Below are positions 19,150-29,714 of a stretch of DNA of 64,000 bases, one piece after another. Under the pieces are notes generated by a model, which worked only from the letters and a program-made list of their open reading frames with translations, made no database searches and was not told the DNA's origin. The stretch is from NCBI GenBank assembly GCA_938041435.1, contig CALISR010000008.1:5100-69099 (forward strand), given 5' to 3'. A program made the position numbers and the translations under genes. Each line of letters begins with the position of its first letter. Within the stretch, counting starts at the first letter, position 1. This DNA comes from an uncultured Candidatus Saccharibacteria bacterium (GTDB taxonomy: Bacteria > Patescibacteriota > Saccharimonadia > Saccharimonadales > Saccharimonadaceae).

Positions 19150-19608
19150 GTGACGACGCTCAAGCAGCGTATCAAAGACGAAATGAAAGCCGCTTTGCTT
19201 AGCGGCGATCGTTTTGTTGGTGACACCTTGCGCAACCTTGGTGCTGCCATCCTCGATGAGGAGGTGAAGCAGGGCGTGCGCGAGGCTGGCCTGGACGATG
19301 CTGCCGTCGAGCAAGTGATCGTCCGTGAGGTGAAGAAGCGGCGCGATGCCGCAGCAATCTACCGCACCAATGGCCGCCCCGAGCTTGCTGAGCCCGAGGA
19401 GCGCGAGATGGCAGTGCTCCAGCATTACCTGCCGCAGCCACTGAGTGATGAGGAATTGCAAGCCGTGGTGACCCAGACAATTACCGAGCTTGGGGCAGAT
19501 AATCCACGGATGACGGGTCAGGTGATTGGCGCTGTCAAGGCCAAGGTGGGTAACCGAGCTGACGGTGGGGCGATCGCTCAACTGGTGCAACGTGCCCTTG
19601 CCCCGTAG
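19150..19608 (+). CDS. yqeY: GatB/YqeY domain protein
   Basis: LKQRIKDEMKAAL, KKRRDAAAIY..GRPELAEPE..YLPQPLS, GNRADG. Confidence 0.92.
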   Translation: MTTLKQRIKDEMKAALLSGDRFVGDTLRNLGAAILDEEVKQGVREAGLDDAAVEQVIVREVKKRRDAAAIYRTNGRPELAEPEEREMAVLQHYLPQPLSDEELQAVVTQTITELGADNPRMTGQVIGAVKAKVGNRADGGAIAQLVQRALAP

Positions 19609-19674
19609 TTTTATGACAAGAGCAATAATTTTTCTTAATAATAACTATAACCACATAATAACAAGGAGGCACAG

Positions 19675-20226
19675 ATGATTCTTTTGTTTGGCCCAACTGG
19701 TGCCGGTAAGAGTATGCAAGGGCAGATGCTGGCAGTACGCCAGGGGTGGAAGTGGCTCTCGACGGGTGAGATGCTGCGCCAGAGCACTGATCCAGCGGTG
19801 ATCGCTACCCTCAAAGCTGGTGAGCTCGTGAGTGATAAGCTTACCTACCAAGTCTTCGACCACGCGGTGCAAGAGGCGTACCGCAAGCATTACCAAAACA
19901 TTATTGTTGATGGATTCCCGCGCACCAAGGAGCAGGCTGCTTGGCTGGATGACCACCTGGCACGCACTGGTGATAACATTGACCTGGTGGTGGTACTGGA
20001 AGTGCCCGAGCAAGAAATCATGCGTCGCTTAGCCAAACGAGGCCGGATGGAGGATACACCCGAGACGATTGCGCGCCGCATGGCTATCTACCGCCAAAAG
20101 ATGTACCCAGTGCTTGGCATCTTTGCTGAGGCTGGGGTAAAGATCATCCACCTCGACGGGACTGGCACCGCGGGCGAAGTGCACGACCGGATTTATGACG
20201 AGGTAATGCACGCATGGCCCAACTAA
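19675..20226 (+). CDS. adk: Adenylate kinase (short, LID-less)
   Basis: GPTGAGKS, STGEMLR, VDGFPRTKEQA, RGRMEDT. Confidence 0.9.
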   Translation: MILLFGPTGAGKSMQGQMLAVRQGWKWLSTGEMLRQSTDPAVIATLKAGELVSDKLTYQVFDHAVQEAYRKHYQNIIVDGFPRTKEQAAWLDDHLARTGDNIDLVVVLEVPEQEIMRRLAKRGRMEDTPETIARRMAIYRQKMYPVLGIFAEAGVKIIHLDGTGTAGEVHDRIYDEVMHAWPN

Positions 20227-20984
20227 TTACTGGCATCAAGACGCCCGAGCAGCTCGAGGCAATGCGCGAAGGAGGTAAGCGCCTGGCGCAGATCTTTGCT
20301 GATATCCGCCAGTTTGTCCATGCCGGGGTGAGCGAGAAGCAGATCGATGCCTTTACGGCCGAGCGGATTGCTGCCTACGGTGCTGAGCCAACCTACAAAA
20401 CCCCAGAGGTGAACTTCCCTGGGGTGATTTGTATTAGCACGAACGAAGCGATCGTCCACGGCGTACCAAGCGATTATATCTTGCAGCAGGGCGATGTCGT
20501 TAGTTTCGATCTCGTCATTACCTACCGCGGGATGAAGACAGACAGCGCCTTTACTATGGTGGTGGATGACGCGCCCACTGGGGCTATTAAGCACTTGCTC
20601 CACACCACCGAGCGCAGCCTCTATGCTGGCATCGACGCGATCAAAGGGCCAGTGCGCACTGGCGACATTGGCGCAGCGGTGGAAGCTGTGCTGCAAAAGG
20701 GCCGCCTTGGGATTATTCGCGAGCTGGTGGGGCACGGTGTGGGTCTCGAGATGCACATGCCACCCGACGTGCCCAACTATGGCCGCAAAGGCACTGGCCC
20801 GCTGCTCCAGCCTGGTGATACCATTGCCATCGAGCCGATGGCTACCCTCGGTGGTAGTGCCATCTACAGCGACACCGCTGGCGATGGCTGGACGATCTAC
20901 AGCCGCGACGGCAGCCTGGCCGCCCACTTCGAGCACACTGTCCTCATCACTGAGACAGGGGCGGAGATTATGACGAAGCTGTAG
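20214..20984 (+). CDS. map: Methionine aminopeptidase type I
   Basis: CISTNEAIVHGVP, GHGVG..MH, AIEPM, AAHFEHT. Confidence 0.96.
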   Translation: MAQLITGIKTPEQLEAMREGGKRLAQIFADIRQFVHAGVSEKQIDAFTAERIAAYGAEPTYKTPEVNFPGVICISTNEAIVHGVPSDYILQQGDVVSFDLVITYRGMKTDSAFTMVVDDAPTGAIKHLLHTTERSLYAGIDAIKGPVRTGDIGAAVEAVLQKGRLGIIRELVGHGVGLEMHMPPDVPNYGRKGTGPLLQPGDTIAIEPMATLGGSAIYSDTAGDGWTIYSRDGSLAAHFEHTVLITETGAEIMTKL

Positions 20985-21115
20985 TGCCTCGCCCTGGTAG
21001 CTATCCTTGCTGCCAACATTGCTGCAGAATACACAAACTCGCCGAGATAATGAACGGCGAGTTTTGTATTGCGCCTATATTGTACAAGACACAGCATAAC
21101 CTGTATAATGGTACT

Positions 21116-22354
21116 ATGCATGAAAATTCTCAATACGCAGTAGGAATAGATGTCGGGACGACGACGATTCGATGCGTGGTGGGGCATATGAATCCAGAGA
21201 CAGGTACGCCGACGATTGTTGGCGTAGGGCAGGCACCGAACAGTGGTATGCGTAAGGGTATGGTGGTCAATCTTAGTGGCCCGGCCCGCACGATCGACGA
21301 AGCGCTGGGCGAGGCCGAGCGAATGAGTGGCTACGAAGTCAACAGTGCAACGGTGAGCGTCAATGGTGCGCACATTACCAGCATTCGTGCCACTGGGATG
21401 ATTGCCGTGGGCACGATCGATCACGAGATTAATGATGATGATGTGGCACGCATCGAAGAAGTCGCTACCACGGGCAAAGTGCAGGCCAACCGCGAGATCC
21501 TCGAGGTCGTGCCGCATAGCTATACGCTCGATGGCCAAGCGGGGATCAAAGACCCGCTGGGTATGACGGGCACGCGGCTGGAGATTGACGCCAATGTCGT
21601 CTCGGCTTTAGCGCCCTATGTGGCGAACTTGCAAAAAGCGGTGGAGATGGCGACCGTCCACCCTCACGCCATTACACCAGCGGTGCTGGGGGCGGCCAAG
21701 GCTGTGCTGAATGAGCGGCAGATCGAGAGCGGTGTGGCAGTGGTTGACCTTGGTGGAGCAACGACCAGTGTGGCAGTCTTCGAAGAGGGGGACTTGCAGT
21801 ATGTTGGCGTCATCCCAATGGGTAGTGTGAATGTCACGAACGACCTCGCTATTGGCCTCAAAACTGACCCTGATGTTGCAGAATTGGTCAAGGTCAAGCA
21901 TGCTGCGGCTGGCATCAAGGCAAGCGACGCAGTGGCTAAGGTGCGGCGCGATAAGGAGTCGTATGAGTTTGCGACGGAGGAGATTGATGAGATTGTTGAT
22001 GCCCGGCTGGAGGAGATCTTTGAGGCGGTGCAGAAGGAGCTCAAGAAGGCCGGCCGGGCTGGCAAACTGCCCAGTGGTGTTGTGCTGACTGGTGGTATGG
22101 CTCAGATGCGTGGCATGGCGAGCTATGCGAGGGAGCAGCTGGGCGTGGCCGCTCGGGTGGGCCGGCCAACCGGCTTTACAAGCGGTGTGGCCGACCAAAT
22201 AGAAAAGCCGCAGTTCGCCACCGCGGTGGGCTTGATGCTCGCCGATAGCGAAGGTGGCCACCAGCCTGCCCAGGCTTATACCAACAGTGGTACAGCACAT
22301 GCTAAAGGTGCACTAAGCTGGCTGCGTCGGCTGCTGGGAGGGCTCAAGGCCTAG
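21116..22354 (+). CDS. ftsA: Cell division protein FtsA
   Basis: VGIDVGTT, SGMRKG, DPLGMTG, VDLGGATT, VTNDLA, GVVLTGG; upstream of ftsZ. Confidence 0.95.
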   Translation: MHENSQYAVGIDVGTTTIRCVVGHMNPETGTPTIVGVGQAPNSGMRKGMVVNLSGPARTIDEALGEAERMSGYEVNSATVSVNGAHITSIRATGMIAVGTIDHEINDDDVARIEEVATTGKVQANREILEVVPHSYTLDGQAGIKDPLGMTGTRLEIDANVVSALAPYVANLQKAVEMATVHPHAITPAVLGAAKAVLNERQIESGVAVVDLGGATTSVAVFEEGDLQYVGVIPMGSVNVTNDLAIGLKTDPDVAELVKVKHAAAGIKASDAVAKVRRDKESYEFATEEIDEIVDARLEEIFEAVQKELKKAGRAGKLPSGVVLTGGMAQMRGMASYAREQLGVAARVGRPTGFTSGVADQIEKPQFATAVGLMLADSEGGHQPAQAYTNSGTAHAKGALSWLRRLLGGLKA

Positions 22355-22426
22355 AATCAGACCGATGAGGATGATATACTAAATGGTAATGGTAAAGTTG
22401 ATAGTTGCACAAGGGGAGAAACGTGA

Positions 22427-23608
22427 ATGCCGGAAGTAAAACCAAGCGAGATCCAAACCTTTGCTAGTATCAAAGTCGTTGGCGTTGGAGGCGCTGGTGG
22501 GTCTGCCGTTAATCGAATGAAAGACGCTGGCCTGGCTGGTGTGCAGTTCATTGCAATGAACACCGATGCGCAGGCGCTGCATAATTCGCAAGCTGATATT
22601 AAGATCCATCTTGGGCACAACACCACCAATGGTCTTGGTGCTGGCGCAGACCCCAGTGTGGGTGAGGCTGCGGCACGTGAGTCGCTCGACGAGATCCGTC
22701 AGGCGCTTGAGGGGGCAGATATGATCTTCGTGACGATTGGTGCTGGTGGTGGCACAGGCTCGGGGGCTGGCCACGTGGTAGCAGAAGTGGCGCGCGACCT
22801 CGGCATCCTATGTGTGGGGGTGGCTACCAAGCCCTTTACCTTTGAAGGTGAGAAGCGGCGTATCAATGCCGAGTGGGCCATCAAGCAGCTAGGGCGACAG
22901 GTTGATACACTCATTACTATCCCCAACGATCGCTTACTTGACACGATTGACCGCCGGACACCGCTGCTCGAGACCTTCAAGATTGCCGATGATGTGCTGC
23001 GCCAGGGTGTGCAGGGGATATCGGAGTTGATTACCGAGCATGGATTGATTAACCTCGACTTTGCGGACGTCAAGGCAATTATGAGCAGTGCCGGTAGTGC
23101 ATTGATGGGGATCGGCCGGGCGAGTGGCGAAGACCGAGCGCAGATGGCCGCCCAACAGGCGATTGATTCGCCGCTGATTGAGGTGTCGATCAACGGTGCC
23201 AAGGGCGTGCTCTTCAATGTGACAGGTGGCTATGATATGAGTATGGCCGAGATTCAAGAAGCGGCCGAGATTATCACTGGTGCGGTGTCGTCCGATGCCA
23301 ACATTATCTTTGGTGCGACGCTCAAACCCGAGCTGGAGGATGAGCTAATTATTACCGTTATCGCGACTGGCTTTGATAGTGATTCGTTCTTTGATGACGA
23401 CGAGCCAAGCGATGTCGAAGATGACGAAGAGTCGGCCGAGACGGTTGACGAAGCGGTCGATAGTGTCGATATGGCCATCGACCCCGAGGCGGCTGCTCAC
23501 TTTGCCCAGGAGAATGAGACGAACATTTGGGATCAATCGATGGATGACGATGAGGATGACACCCCGGCCTTCTTGCGCCGACGCCGCAAAAAGGAGGCGG
23601 ACGCGTGA
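22427..23608 (+). CDS. ftsZ: Cell division protein FtsZ
   Basis: GVGGAGG, GGGTGSG, NLDFADV, C-terminal DTPAFLRR. Confidence 0.98.
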   Translation: MPEVKPSEIQTFASIKVVGVGGAGGSAVNRMKDAGLAGVQFIAMNTDAQALHNSQADIKIHLGHNTTNGLGAGADPSVGEAAARESLDEIRQALEGADMIFVTIGAGGGTGSGAGHVVAEVARDLGILCVGVATKPFTFEGEKRRINAEWAIKQLGRQVDTLITIPNDRLLDTIDRRTPLLETFKIADDVLRQGVQGISELITEHGLINLDFADVKAIMSSAGSALMGIGRASGEDRAQMAAQQAIDSPLIEVSINGAKGVLFNVTGGYDMSMAEIQEAAEIITGAVSSDANIIFGATLKPELEDELIITVIATGFDSDSFFDDDEPSDVEDDEESAETVDEAVDSVDMAIDPEAAAHFAQENETNIWDQSMDDDEDDTPAFLRRRRKKEADA

Positions 23609-24075
23609 CGACCCACCGCGACAAGATTGGCAACAGCCGCGTGTTAGAATCGCGTGAGTCGGCTGATGGCGTGACGATCCGCCGCCGCCGCGAGACCCCT
23701 GATGGGCACCGCTTTACCACCTATGAGCGGATCGAATACCCAACGATTGCAGTGCTCAAGCGAACGGGCTCGCGTGAGCTCTTCGACCGGGCCAAGCTCC
23801 GCGCCTCGGTGCGCCGCTCGGTTGGTAAGTTCTTCAAATCCGAGCTAGAGCTCGAGGCAATTATTGATGCAGTGGAGGACCGTATCCACGATGTGGGCGA
23901 GAATGAGATTGAGTCGCGTGTGATTGGCGGCTTCGTGCTTGATGAGCTCGCCGCGCGTAATGAGGTGGCGTATGTGCGCTTTGCGAGCGTGTTTTATAAA
24001 TTTAAGACGCTGGACGATTTCGTTAAGATACTAGAGCAGCGTCGGAGTGCTAAACAGCAAGAAAAACAGAGGTAA
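23605..24075 (+). CDS. nrdR: Transcriptional repressor NrdR (cysteine-free N-terminus)
   Basis: ESR..IRRRRE..RFTTYER, ATP cone KR.G.RE.FDR.KL, VAYVRFASVF. Confidence 0.9.
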   Translation: MTTHRDKIGNSRVLESRESADGVTIRRRRETPDGHRFTTYERIEYPTIAVLKRTGSRELFDRAKLRASVRRSVGKFFKSELELEAIIDAVEDRIHDVGENEIESRVIGGFVLDELAARNEVAYVRFASVFYKFKTLDDFVKILEQRRSAKQQEKQR

Positions 24076-24080
24076 AACAT

Positions 24081-24341
24081 ATGCGTGTCCTCATCATCTA
24101 CCGGACAGAAAGCGACTATGCGCGCCGCGTCTTCGACTATCTGCGCGACTTTAGTCGGCGCACGAGCCGTGCCATCGAGGAGTTTGACCCAGATACACGT
24201 GAGGGGCAATCACTCTGCCGCACGTACGACATTGTGGAGTATCCCACCATCCTTGCCTTGGCGGATAACGGCCAAGTGCTGGGCATGTGGCGCGGCCTGC
24301 CGCTGCCCACTATCGACGAAGTAGGATACTATGCCCGCTAA
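24081..24341 (+). CDS. Small thioredoxin-like-fold protein without CxxC
   Basis: DPDTREG..YDIVEYPTILAL..G pattern; overlaps the VKOR gene. Confidence 0.65.
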   Translation: MRVLIIYRTESDYARRVFDYLRDFSRRTSRAIEEFDPDTREGQSLCRTYDIVEYPTILALADNGQVLGMWRGLPLPTIDEVGYYAR

Positions 24342-24975
24342 AACGCCTAAAGTACATACCACGACCACTGTTGTGGTGGATGATGTGAGCCGCGCACCCT
24401 GGCTGCATCGGCCTGGCACAGTGGCGTTACTGGCAGCAGCTTTGGGCGGTGGCCTGGGGCTGCTAGCATCTTTTGTTCTTTCACTCGAGGTACTGCATTT
24501 GGCGCAGCACCCGGGTGGGGTGCTCAATTGTGACGTCAATGCCGTGCTGAGCTGCTCCACAGTAGCGCAGCATTGGTCGGCGACGGTGTTTGGCTTCCCC
24601 AACAGTTTCGTTGGTATGATGACCGTGCCGGTGATGATAACGGTGGTGGTAGCACTGCTGGCTGGGGCACGCTTGCCGCGCTGGTTTGTGCGGAGTGCCT
24701 GGGGCGGCGCTGTGCTCGGGATGATTTTTGCACTGTGGATGTTTTATATGAGCTTCGCTGTTATTCGTGTGCTGTGCCCGTGGTGTCTAACACTCGATGT
24801 GGGTATGCTGCTGATCTTCTTTGGGATGACGCGCTACTGCATTGAGGCTGGGGTGATTGGTGGGGAGCGCACTAAGCGCTTTGCTCGCCATGGCTACGAT
24901 GTGCTGTGTGGCGTGAGTGTGCTGGTGCTGGCGGTGGCGCTGATTATTGTCAAGTTTGGCGCGGAGCTGCTGTAG
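24331..24975 (+). CDS. Vitamin K epoxide reductase (VKOR) family membrane protein
   Basis: CDVNAVLSCSTV, FGFPNSFVG, LCPWC, multiple TM helices. Confidence 0.92.
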   Translation: MPAKTPKVHTTTTVVVDDVSRAPWLHRPGTVALLAAALGGGLGLLASFVLSLEVLHLAQHPGGVLNCDVNAVLSCSTVAQHWSATVFGFPNSFVGMMTVPVMITVVVALLAGARLPRWFVRSAWGGAVLGMIFALWMFYMSFAVIRVLCPWCLTLDVGMLLIFFGMTRYCIEAGVIGGERTKRFARHGYDVLCGVSVLVLAVALIIVKFGAELL

Positions 24976-27268
24976 GCGAAGTCGTTTTTTGTACAGTGAG
25001 ATTGTCGAGCTTGTCAGAATTGGCAAGCTTTTTAAAATGAACGATATCTTGTATTATTCATAGTGCTCTTTTGTTTATTCATTTGTGTAAGTCATTATTT
25101 TCTTGCGCTAGTGACGCTGTGGTATGGTGCTAGTTACCGCTCTATCGACGCAAGTGAGTTACCTGTTGACTTGAGCTGCTTGTTTGGTGTAGTAGGAAAA
25201 TAATGCGTGAGATAGTGTGTGATAAATTTTAACATAGTTATGAAGCCTTTGCGAGACTTAAACACGACGCGCTGTTAATGTATAGGCTATTGTTGCGTGA
25301 CGCAACCGAAATAGCAAAATAGCGGGAGGAAGATGTCGCCTATTGGCGATACTGTGCATATGAATATAGATAGCATTTCGTTCATTATGCACTATTGATA
25401 GCGAGTGTGTTGGCAGGCTTGTGCGCATCGTGGATTTGCTAGCAAATATGATGATAGCATGCTAATGCTGCTATGCTGTAGTAGATGAACATTACCTGAA
25501 TAGCAAGCACAACACATTCAGTGAGAGGTGAGTGATATGTTTTGCTAAGTGGTGCAATTTTGAATAAAATAAAAGGTATGTTCAGTTTGGTGGAGATGTG
25601 AAATCGATAGAGTTGTATGGGTTAGTTTGATTTTTATCGGCCAATTGCCAAGCGTGTTTGCAAAGAACAATTCAACGTGCTGGAAAATGAAACGATTGAT
25701 ACCTTAAAAATGAGTAAGCTATAACAATACGGCTGCGATGACAATATGCGTGCGATAGCGGATGGCTGTTGCAAGCTGTGAAGTAGACGCGCGTGATGTC
25801 ATAGCTTAGCATGGTAGTGAAGATTCTTTGCAAAGCAAGTGAGCAAGTTGCAGCGCGATGCTAAAAATGCAGTGAGTCTCTTGGCTGGGCGATGGTGGCT
25901 GCGCATTGACTGATATTTGTTAAAGAAAACTGATTAGTATAAGGGCGCTATAGAGCGAGAAGCAAGCAAAAATGACGCTGCGTCGCAGCACGTAAATTTC
26001 ATAGAATTGTGTAGATGAAGTGGTGTATCAAAAAAATCATTTCGGTTGCATAATAAAAGTAATATGCTATGCGTAAGAGATATAGCACGTACGCGACAAA
26101 GTGGGCGTTATCGTAGGGCAACACAGCGCCCAGGGCAGATGCTATGCGAAGTATGACGCAGGTAGAGTTGCTGATACATGCTCATATTTTTTTAAAATTC
26201 TGAATGACGCTCATGCTTAGTTACTTGTTGCATCAACTATGTCAAAGCAGTTTGCATCTATTTTTACATACGGTAATAATCAGAATATGTGCATGTTTCT
26301 ATAGCGCAAAAATGAGGCCATAGGACGCGATATAAGGCAGGAGGAAGATGATCAACTGCTATAGCGAAGTATTGTTGTGTGGTGTGGCAGGCTTATCGCT
26401 CGATATTTTGTACTAAGTAAAAATGCGAGATAGCTAAGGATAAGTAAGGTGTACAAAAATAAGTGGTATGCAAAATATAAGTATAAATATATTGGGCAGA
26501 ATCGTTGCAGAAAAATTGGCTGTAAGCGTGCCAAAAGGGTACTCTCTTACATATAAGAGTGTTATACGTATCTCCCTGCTCTAGATATACAGGAAGTCTG
26601 TTATATGGTCGCTGTAACGCGCTAAACCCTAGATAAGAGAGGAAGGCTATATATGAGTACTATGCTAGGTGCCTGCGGCCTCTCAGAAGACAGACGGACA
26701 GACTTATTGTCTGCAGTTGATAGGAGAAAATAAGACAATGTATGTGGTGTGTAGAATACAACATAGCTCTGTTGTAAAAACTAGAGTAGTCTGAGGAGAG
26801 GAAATTGAGATTATGTTGTATAAAATACACAATATTGTTGACGGTAAGAGATAGGGAGCGAAATGTGATATATACAACGATCTATGTTAGGAGCAGACAT
26901 GCCATATGTATATAAAAAACAACATACAGAATCACAACGAAATAAACTCGAAAACAAGGGAGATAAAGCGACAAGCCTACAACGTTGTAGGCAATAATGT
27001 ACATTGTACATATGACAACAATTGATTTTGCGGCACCATAAAAGAAATAACAGGGGTGAATCAGACAATGTTGTTAAAAACATAACGCATATAAAATAAA
27101 AAGCATGCTAATAAATAGCAGAGGCAGGGATTCTTTGCGGGGCGTACTAATGTGTGGTGGAGATCTTCTCGACAGTACCCTCACTAGTGTATTAGCTACT
27201 TTGAGATGATGGTTGGGACAGATGTAGAGCTTGTTGTGCACCATCTATAATAATGGTATGCTAGCGAC

Positions 27269-27931
27269 ATGAAGAACAATACAATTTTACGCATTGGTGC
27301 TGGCGCGGCGTTTGTGGCGCTCGGCGGAATATTATTAAGTGAGAGCTTTGGTGTGCAGTTTCATTACTGGCGGGAGTTTTGGTATGGTTTGTGCGCATTC
27401 GGATTTATCATGGTTGGTGTGCTCACGCTGCGCAATCGCAATTGGCTGTGGGGAGCGCTCTGGGTAGCAGTTGGCCTAACAATTGGCGCGAATGCATTTT
27501 TGCATAATAACGTTAATATTTGGCGAATGTTTTTGCCACTGGTGCTGATCGCGATTGGCCTGACGATTATTTTTAATTTGTCGCAGCGCCAGCGTCGCAT
27601 CGCAAAAAAATCGTCGGACGATAATATGGTTGCGTCTTTCTCGGGCAACACGCGCAAGATAAAAGGCGAATTTGCAGGTAACTCGCTTTCGGCAGCGTTT
27701 GGTCAGGTGGATCTCGACTTGCGCCAAGCTAAGATAGAGGATGGTGCGGTGATTGATATTTTTGTTGTGTGTGGTGGCATCAATATTATTTTTCCAGACA
27801 ACGTCATCGTCAAGACGCAGGTCGCTAGTATCTTTGGCGGGGTAGAGGACAAAACCAACGCTGCCAAGAGTGCAAAAAAGACTGTCTACATTCGCGGCGA
27901 CTGTGTTCTTGGTGGGCTCGAAATTAAATAA
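27269..27931 (+). CDS. LiaF-like membrane protein (cell-envelope stress family)
   Basis: 4 TM helices (PLVLIAIGL) + beta-rich C-terminus (AAFGQVDLDLRQA..IFGGVE..LGGLEIK). Confidence 0.8.
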   Translation: MKNNTILRIGAGAAFVALGGILLSESFGVQFHYWREFWYGLCAFGFIMVGVLTLRNRNWLWGALWVAVGLTIGANAFLHNNVNIWRMFLPLVLIAIGLTIIFNLSQRQRRIAKKSSDDNMVASFSGNTRKIKGEFAGNSLSAAFGQVDLDLRQAKIEDGAVIDIFVVCGGINIIFPDNVIVKTQVASIFGGVEDKTNAAKSAKKTVYIRGDCVLGGLEIK

Positions 27932-27954
27932 TTAGAAAAACAATAATTCGCTAT

Positions 27955-27995
27955 AACACGCTTCTTGATAACAACGAGAAGCGTGTTTGTTTTTT
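27955..27995 (+). terminator. Rho-independent terminator
   Basis: AACACGCTTCTTG..CGAGAAGCGTGTT + T tract. Confidence 0.7.
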
Positions 27996-28606
27996 GTGTT
28001 GAGGTGCACAGCTAGTAGAGTGTGGGTTGAAGCTGGTGTAATAGTACGCTGCTATATTTTAAACTTCGCACTTGGCTGAGGAGTCTTACTAACGCTACTG
28101 GCAACGAGCCACATGGTTGTTGCATACAATTGATAAAATTTTTCGTTGCTGAATTGCTCATTGTCAAATATTGATTGTGGTAGTGTAATGCGAGAGTGGT
28201 TTAGTAACATACGTCAACGTTTTTTGATTTTTGTGTACGTTACTCGGCAAGGATTGTGATAGCTTTGCGGTATTTGCACATGATGGATTACTATGCCTCG
28301 CTAGTAATAATAAATATGCGCGACAGCAGCGTACACAAAAATGTAATGCTTATAAAAATAGTGCGCAGAGTCTTATGGTTTGCTAATTCACTTGCCCTTC
28401 TTGCAAACTAAATAAGATGAACATAATGCAAAAAGCATTCAAACTTCATACAAGCATGTCCTGCAAGTCTACCTTAGCTGCGGCACATGCGCAAAGCATA
28501 AAAATGGGACAGTAAGATTTTTGCGCAAGGTATACTTTGAGGTGGGTGAGCCAGAGCGCCACAAATGCCAGTATGCTGTGCCAAGCATTCTTGCTATACT
28601 AAAATT

Positions 28607-29188
28607 ATGAACCGTTGCCCTTGGGCTGAACCTGGCGATAACGAGCGCGCCTACCATGACACTGAGTGGGGTGTGCCGCTGTATGATGATCAGAAATTAT
28701 TTGAACTGCTCTGCCTGGAGGGTGCACAGGCTGGTTTGAGTTGGAGTACAATTCTGGCTAAGCGACCGGGCTACCAGCAGGCCTTTCACCAGTTTGCAAT
28801 TGCTCGCGTGGCAGCTATGACGGATGCAGAGCTGGAGGCACTTACTCGCGACACGCGCATTGTTCGTAACCGGCGCAAAATTTATGCGGTGCGCACCAAC
28901 GCCCAAGCGGCGCTACAAGCTATTAACCAGCACGGTAGTTTGCATGAGTACTTATGGGGCTTGGCGGGTGGTGCGCCAGTGCAAAATCACTGGCATACTG
29001 CAAGTGATGTCCCTGCCGATACGGCTACATCCCGGGCAATGAGTACGCAGCTCAAGCGGGACGGCTTTGCTTTCGTTGGCCCAACGACGTGCTATGCCTT
29101 TATGCAGGCCGCGGGGATGGTGAATGACCACGTGGTGGGATGCTTTCGATATGAAGAGTGCGCGGCACTGGGCATTCATTCTCCATGA
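28607..29188 (+). CDS. tag: DNA-3-methyladenine glycosylase I
   Basis: RCPW, YHDTEWG, LEGAQAGLSW, IVRNRRKI, FVGPT, GMVNDH..C. Confidence 0.95.
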   Translation: MNRCPWAEPGDNERAYHDTEWGVPLYDDQKLFELLCLEGAQAGLSWSTILAKRPGYQQAFHQFAIARVAAMTDAELEALTRDTRIVRNRRKIYAVRTNAQAALQAINQHGSLHEYLWGLAGGAPVQNHWHTASDVPADTATSRAMSTQLKRDGFAFVGPTTCYAFMQAAGMVNDHVVGCFRYEECAALGIHSP

Positions 29189-29714
29189 GAGTAAGAAAAT
29201 ATATAGTTATATTAATCGGGCTATATCTTATATCTTGAGGTGTAAGTACTTTTGGTTTTGCGGCTAGTGCGCTACAATAGACCCAGAGGCATTTTTGCGC
29301 GGCTTGTGGTGCGCAAAATGAGTGGCTATCACCCACGAAGCCTGCGGGAAGAAATTGGTTTGTTATTTTCATAAAGAGCTGTGAATCTAAGTAGCCAAGA
29401 ATAGACCCCGCCGCGAATGCTGCGACAAGGCAATAATCAAGTGCTGAAAGAGTATGGCTATTTCTGTTGTTTTGTCGGGAAATGCTAGAATCACTTCTTT
29501 TGGAATCGAGATGGTACCGTCCGCGCGAATACCCAGCGGATTCTCGAAGCCCAGAAGAGGTGATTTTAATTATATAAAGGAGTAGCCATGCCATTGCCAG
29601 CCCACAAGTCAGCCTTGCAGCATGCCATTCGCCATGAGTGCGCGACGCTGTGGCCGCTGCTTGAGGTGGCTCTCCGCTCTGTATACCAAAAGCGAAAAGA
29701 AGTGGAGCACAACC

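Noticed and set aside
18667..19590. N-terminal 300 aa of the 526-aa minus-strand ORF
   Set aside because: Antisense shadow of rpsU/yqeY; the real gene most likely starts at 18666
20984..21115. Cys-rich N-terminal extension of FtsA
   Set aside because: Homology starts at MHENSQY (21116), which has a -10 box 6 nt upstream
24976..27268. Replication origin, CRISPR array or stop-codon-recoded genes
   Set aside because: No TTATCCACA cluster or regularly spaced repeats seen; in the part I translated, TAG readthrough still ran into TAA
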